From positions 29,016,001-29,080,000 of the forward strand of contig OZ024748.1 in the NCBI GenBank assembly GCA_964016885.1: 64,000 nucleotides of DNA, given 5' to 3'. This DNA is from Eledone cirrhosa. Taxonomy: Eukaryota. The stretch's first letter is position 1. Each line of letters begins with the position of its first letter. Under the pieces are notes generated by a model. The model was not told the DNA's origin, did no database searches, and saw nothing but the letters and a program-made list of their open reading frames with translations. The translations under genes and the position numbers were made by a program. Positions 61,546 through 64,000 of the stretch are shown here, piece after piece.

Positions 61546-62589
61546 ATTACTGGTGTTGTTATGTCTGTCATTGATTTATTGTTACTGTTGTTATGTCTGT
61601 TATTGATTTATTATTACTGTTATGACATTATAAACACTTTTAGGAGATTAGTATCGGTGTACATATAACATAAAAAAGACAGTAATACCGGTGTGTGTGT
61701 TATAATAAAGTTTTTACTTCATGGAAGTCAAAGGTATTAAATATTAAGGATTTGTTACCCGATGGACATAACTCGAGCCTGAAGTTGGTAGAGAAAAGAA
61801 GAGATCTTTTCTAGCTGGTATTGACATCTTAGGCTCTCATCTCAGGCTGCAAGTTGCATTGTTCTTGGTAACGAAGGGTCATCAAGAAGGAATCATCACA
61901 AGCTACGGTCGCAGGTGTTACCACTTCAGAAATCAGGAGGCAAGAGAGAGATATCGTGGTAACCTGTTCCTTTTATAGGAATTGACCGGAAGTGACCAAC
62001 AGGGAGTCTGTCAATCCCAAAGGGAAGCAACTCCAGCTGCTTCCTGTCTAGAGAGCGGTGATGAGATTGTCATGACAAGAGAGGCAACTCTTGCTACATT
62101 ATCTCCCGTCAGATTTTTAAAACATAAAAATCGAAAGAAGCATGCATGGAGTAAGAGGGCGAGCATGTAAGAGGCATGAAAATGATGGTACAAAGTAATG
62201 AAAGTAAGAGAAGAGGTCAAAAGTTCAAATATCTAAAATACAGTTAACATGTGTGCAATCATATGACAGCAGTAAAGAATGTGTTCCAGAGAATGAATGC
62301 AGGTGGTTTCTGGTCTGTGGTATAACATGAAATTTCAAACTTCCGAAGGGAATTTCTCACAGGCAGAGTGCTGCAGAAATAAATTGTCTAGCTTGTTCTG
62401 CTGGTTTTAGTTGTTGATGTTGTGAATGCGTTGACCTGGAAGGGTCAAGAGGCCAGCGACCAGAGAAATAAGCATTCTTACTAAATGCGTGGTTTTCAAC
62501 GGCAAATTTACGTGGTAAATTTATAAGCCGGCAAATAGAAGAATATAGCTTAAAATGTTCGTTGTAAAGGAAACGAAAAACATATATAT

Positions 62590-64000
62590 ACATCCAGTGA
62601 TATGGTAATGATAAGGTGGGACAGAAGGAGCAGGTGTATGCACAAGAGAGAAAGATTGGGGTATTTGTGGCTCGGGTGTATGAGCGTCATTGTGTGCCCT
62701 TTTCAGTCTATCCACCGAAATTGTCTCTCTGGACCCCTTAATGTCTACAGTGAAATGTTTGTCAGTGCGTGCTAACACACGGTAGGGTCCAGAGTACGGT
62801 TGTGTAAGGGGTGGTCTCACAGCATCGTTCCTTACGAACCCATGGGTCCACGAAGCAATATCCCTCGGGACCGCAGATTTTACAGTTTGCTTCCTCGTAT
62901 CCATCGGCGGCAGGTCCTGTAAATAAGAACGCAGACGGGATACGTAGGAAAGCGGATCTTGGAAAGCAAGATCAACAGGGGCAAGCATTTGCCCAGGCAA
63001 CGCTAGAGGAGCACCATAAATTAATTCGGCCGGGGAGTACCCAAGGTCCTCCTTTATTGATGACCGAATTCCTAATAACACAATAGGAAGGTACTCGCTC
63101 CAACGTTGAGAGTCTGGATAGGCGCAAAGAGCGGCCTTTAATTGGCAGTGGAATCGTTCCACCATTCCGTTTGAAGCAGGATGATAGGCCGTGGTCCGAA
63201 TCCGTTGAGCTCCAATTATTTTTGTGAACTCAGAGAAGAGATGGGACTCGAATTGTCTACCACGGTCTGTGGTGAGTGTAGTTGGTACCCCAAAGCGGGT
63301 AATCCACCCTGATACCAGGGCACATGCTACAGTCTCAGCAGTTATGTCTTGTAAAGGGATGGCTTCAGGCCACCTTGAAAAACGATCGACACACGTCAAT
63401 ATGTAAGAATATCCACTGCTGAATGGCCAAGGTCCAACGATGTCAATGTGGATGTGTTGAAACCGAGCATCTGGAGTACTGAAAGTACCAAGTGGAGTCC
63501 GGATGTGTCTATGGATCTTCGATTTCTGGCAAGCGATACAGGAACGGCATCAAGCAGCGATGTCGCGCCTCATATTTGGCCAGAAGAATCTGGCTGTTAT
63601 GAGTTTAACTGTGGCAGCAGATCCTGGATGAGAAATGTTGTGCAAAGCCAGGAACACAATTCGACGGTGAGTCTCAGGAACAAGTGGTCGTGGTGCATCA
63701 GTAGATACATCACATAGAATCTGCCTGTCGGTGGTGGACAAGGGCAGATATTTGAAAATGCAAGTCGCAAATTCAGTAGAAAGAGTGTCCAATGATTAGA
63801 GTGCAGGTTGGTCTGCAGCTAAACGACCTAAGTCAATCTCCTGGGATGACAAGATGGAGCTAATTGGCAAACGTGACAATGCGTCTGCAACTATGTTGTG
63901 CGAGCCGGCAATGTGCTGGATATCGTTTGTAAATTGTGAAACGTAGTCCAGGTGCCTTGTCTCTCTGGGCGAATATCTGTCGGCTTTGGCCCTCAAAGCG
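62590..64000 (-). mobile_element. Gypsy/Ty3 LTR retrotransposon pol remnant (RNase H end, integrase)
   Basis: [41 protein letters not shown] motif, with stops. Runs off the window. Confidence 0.9.

Noticed and set aside
61690-62590. LTR for the Gypsy remnant
   Set aside because: No clear polypurine tract or TG..CA boundary, and no second LTR in the window to compare.

Overview
Eukaryotic, AT-rich, transposon-saturated DNA, most likely cephalopod (octopus-like SINE/RTE repeats; this is inference). Most ORF-track hits are (TA)n/(TATG)n or T-rich low-complexity artefacts. Bases ~300-28000 behave like one (TA)n landing pad holding >20 inserts. These include three RTE-clade LINE families with a PHD-type finger, one near-complete CR1-clade LINE, SINEs, fold-back palindromes and several unrelated non-coding islands that each carry a minimal type I hammerhead ribozyme. 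One island is a ~555-bp tandem plus head-to-head hammerhead array (retrozyme / Penelope-like pLTR). The CR1 element has an ATG-less ORF2 overlapping ORF1 in the -1 frame, with two in-phase slippery heptamers (candidate programmed frameshift). The host locus is a SAFB/SLTM-like gene on the + strand. The last exon of one copy (28887-29257) is followed by exons of a second, divergent, probably damaged copy (34403-61075). That copy has an RRM exon fused in frame to a mariner transposase fragment, a GTSKP repeat expansion and a duplicated 96-nt exon. Also present: one intact RTE ORF, mariner, Merlin, CRE-like, Vingi-like and Gypsy remnants, and a 3.1-kb strand-asymmetric (T)nCGA array. All homology calls are from motif recognition by eye; no database was searched.
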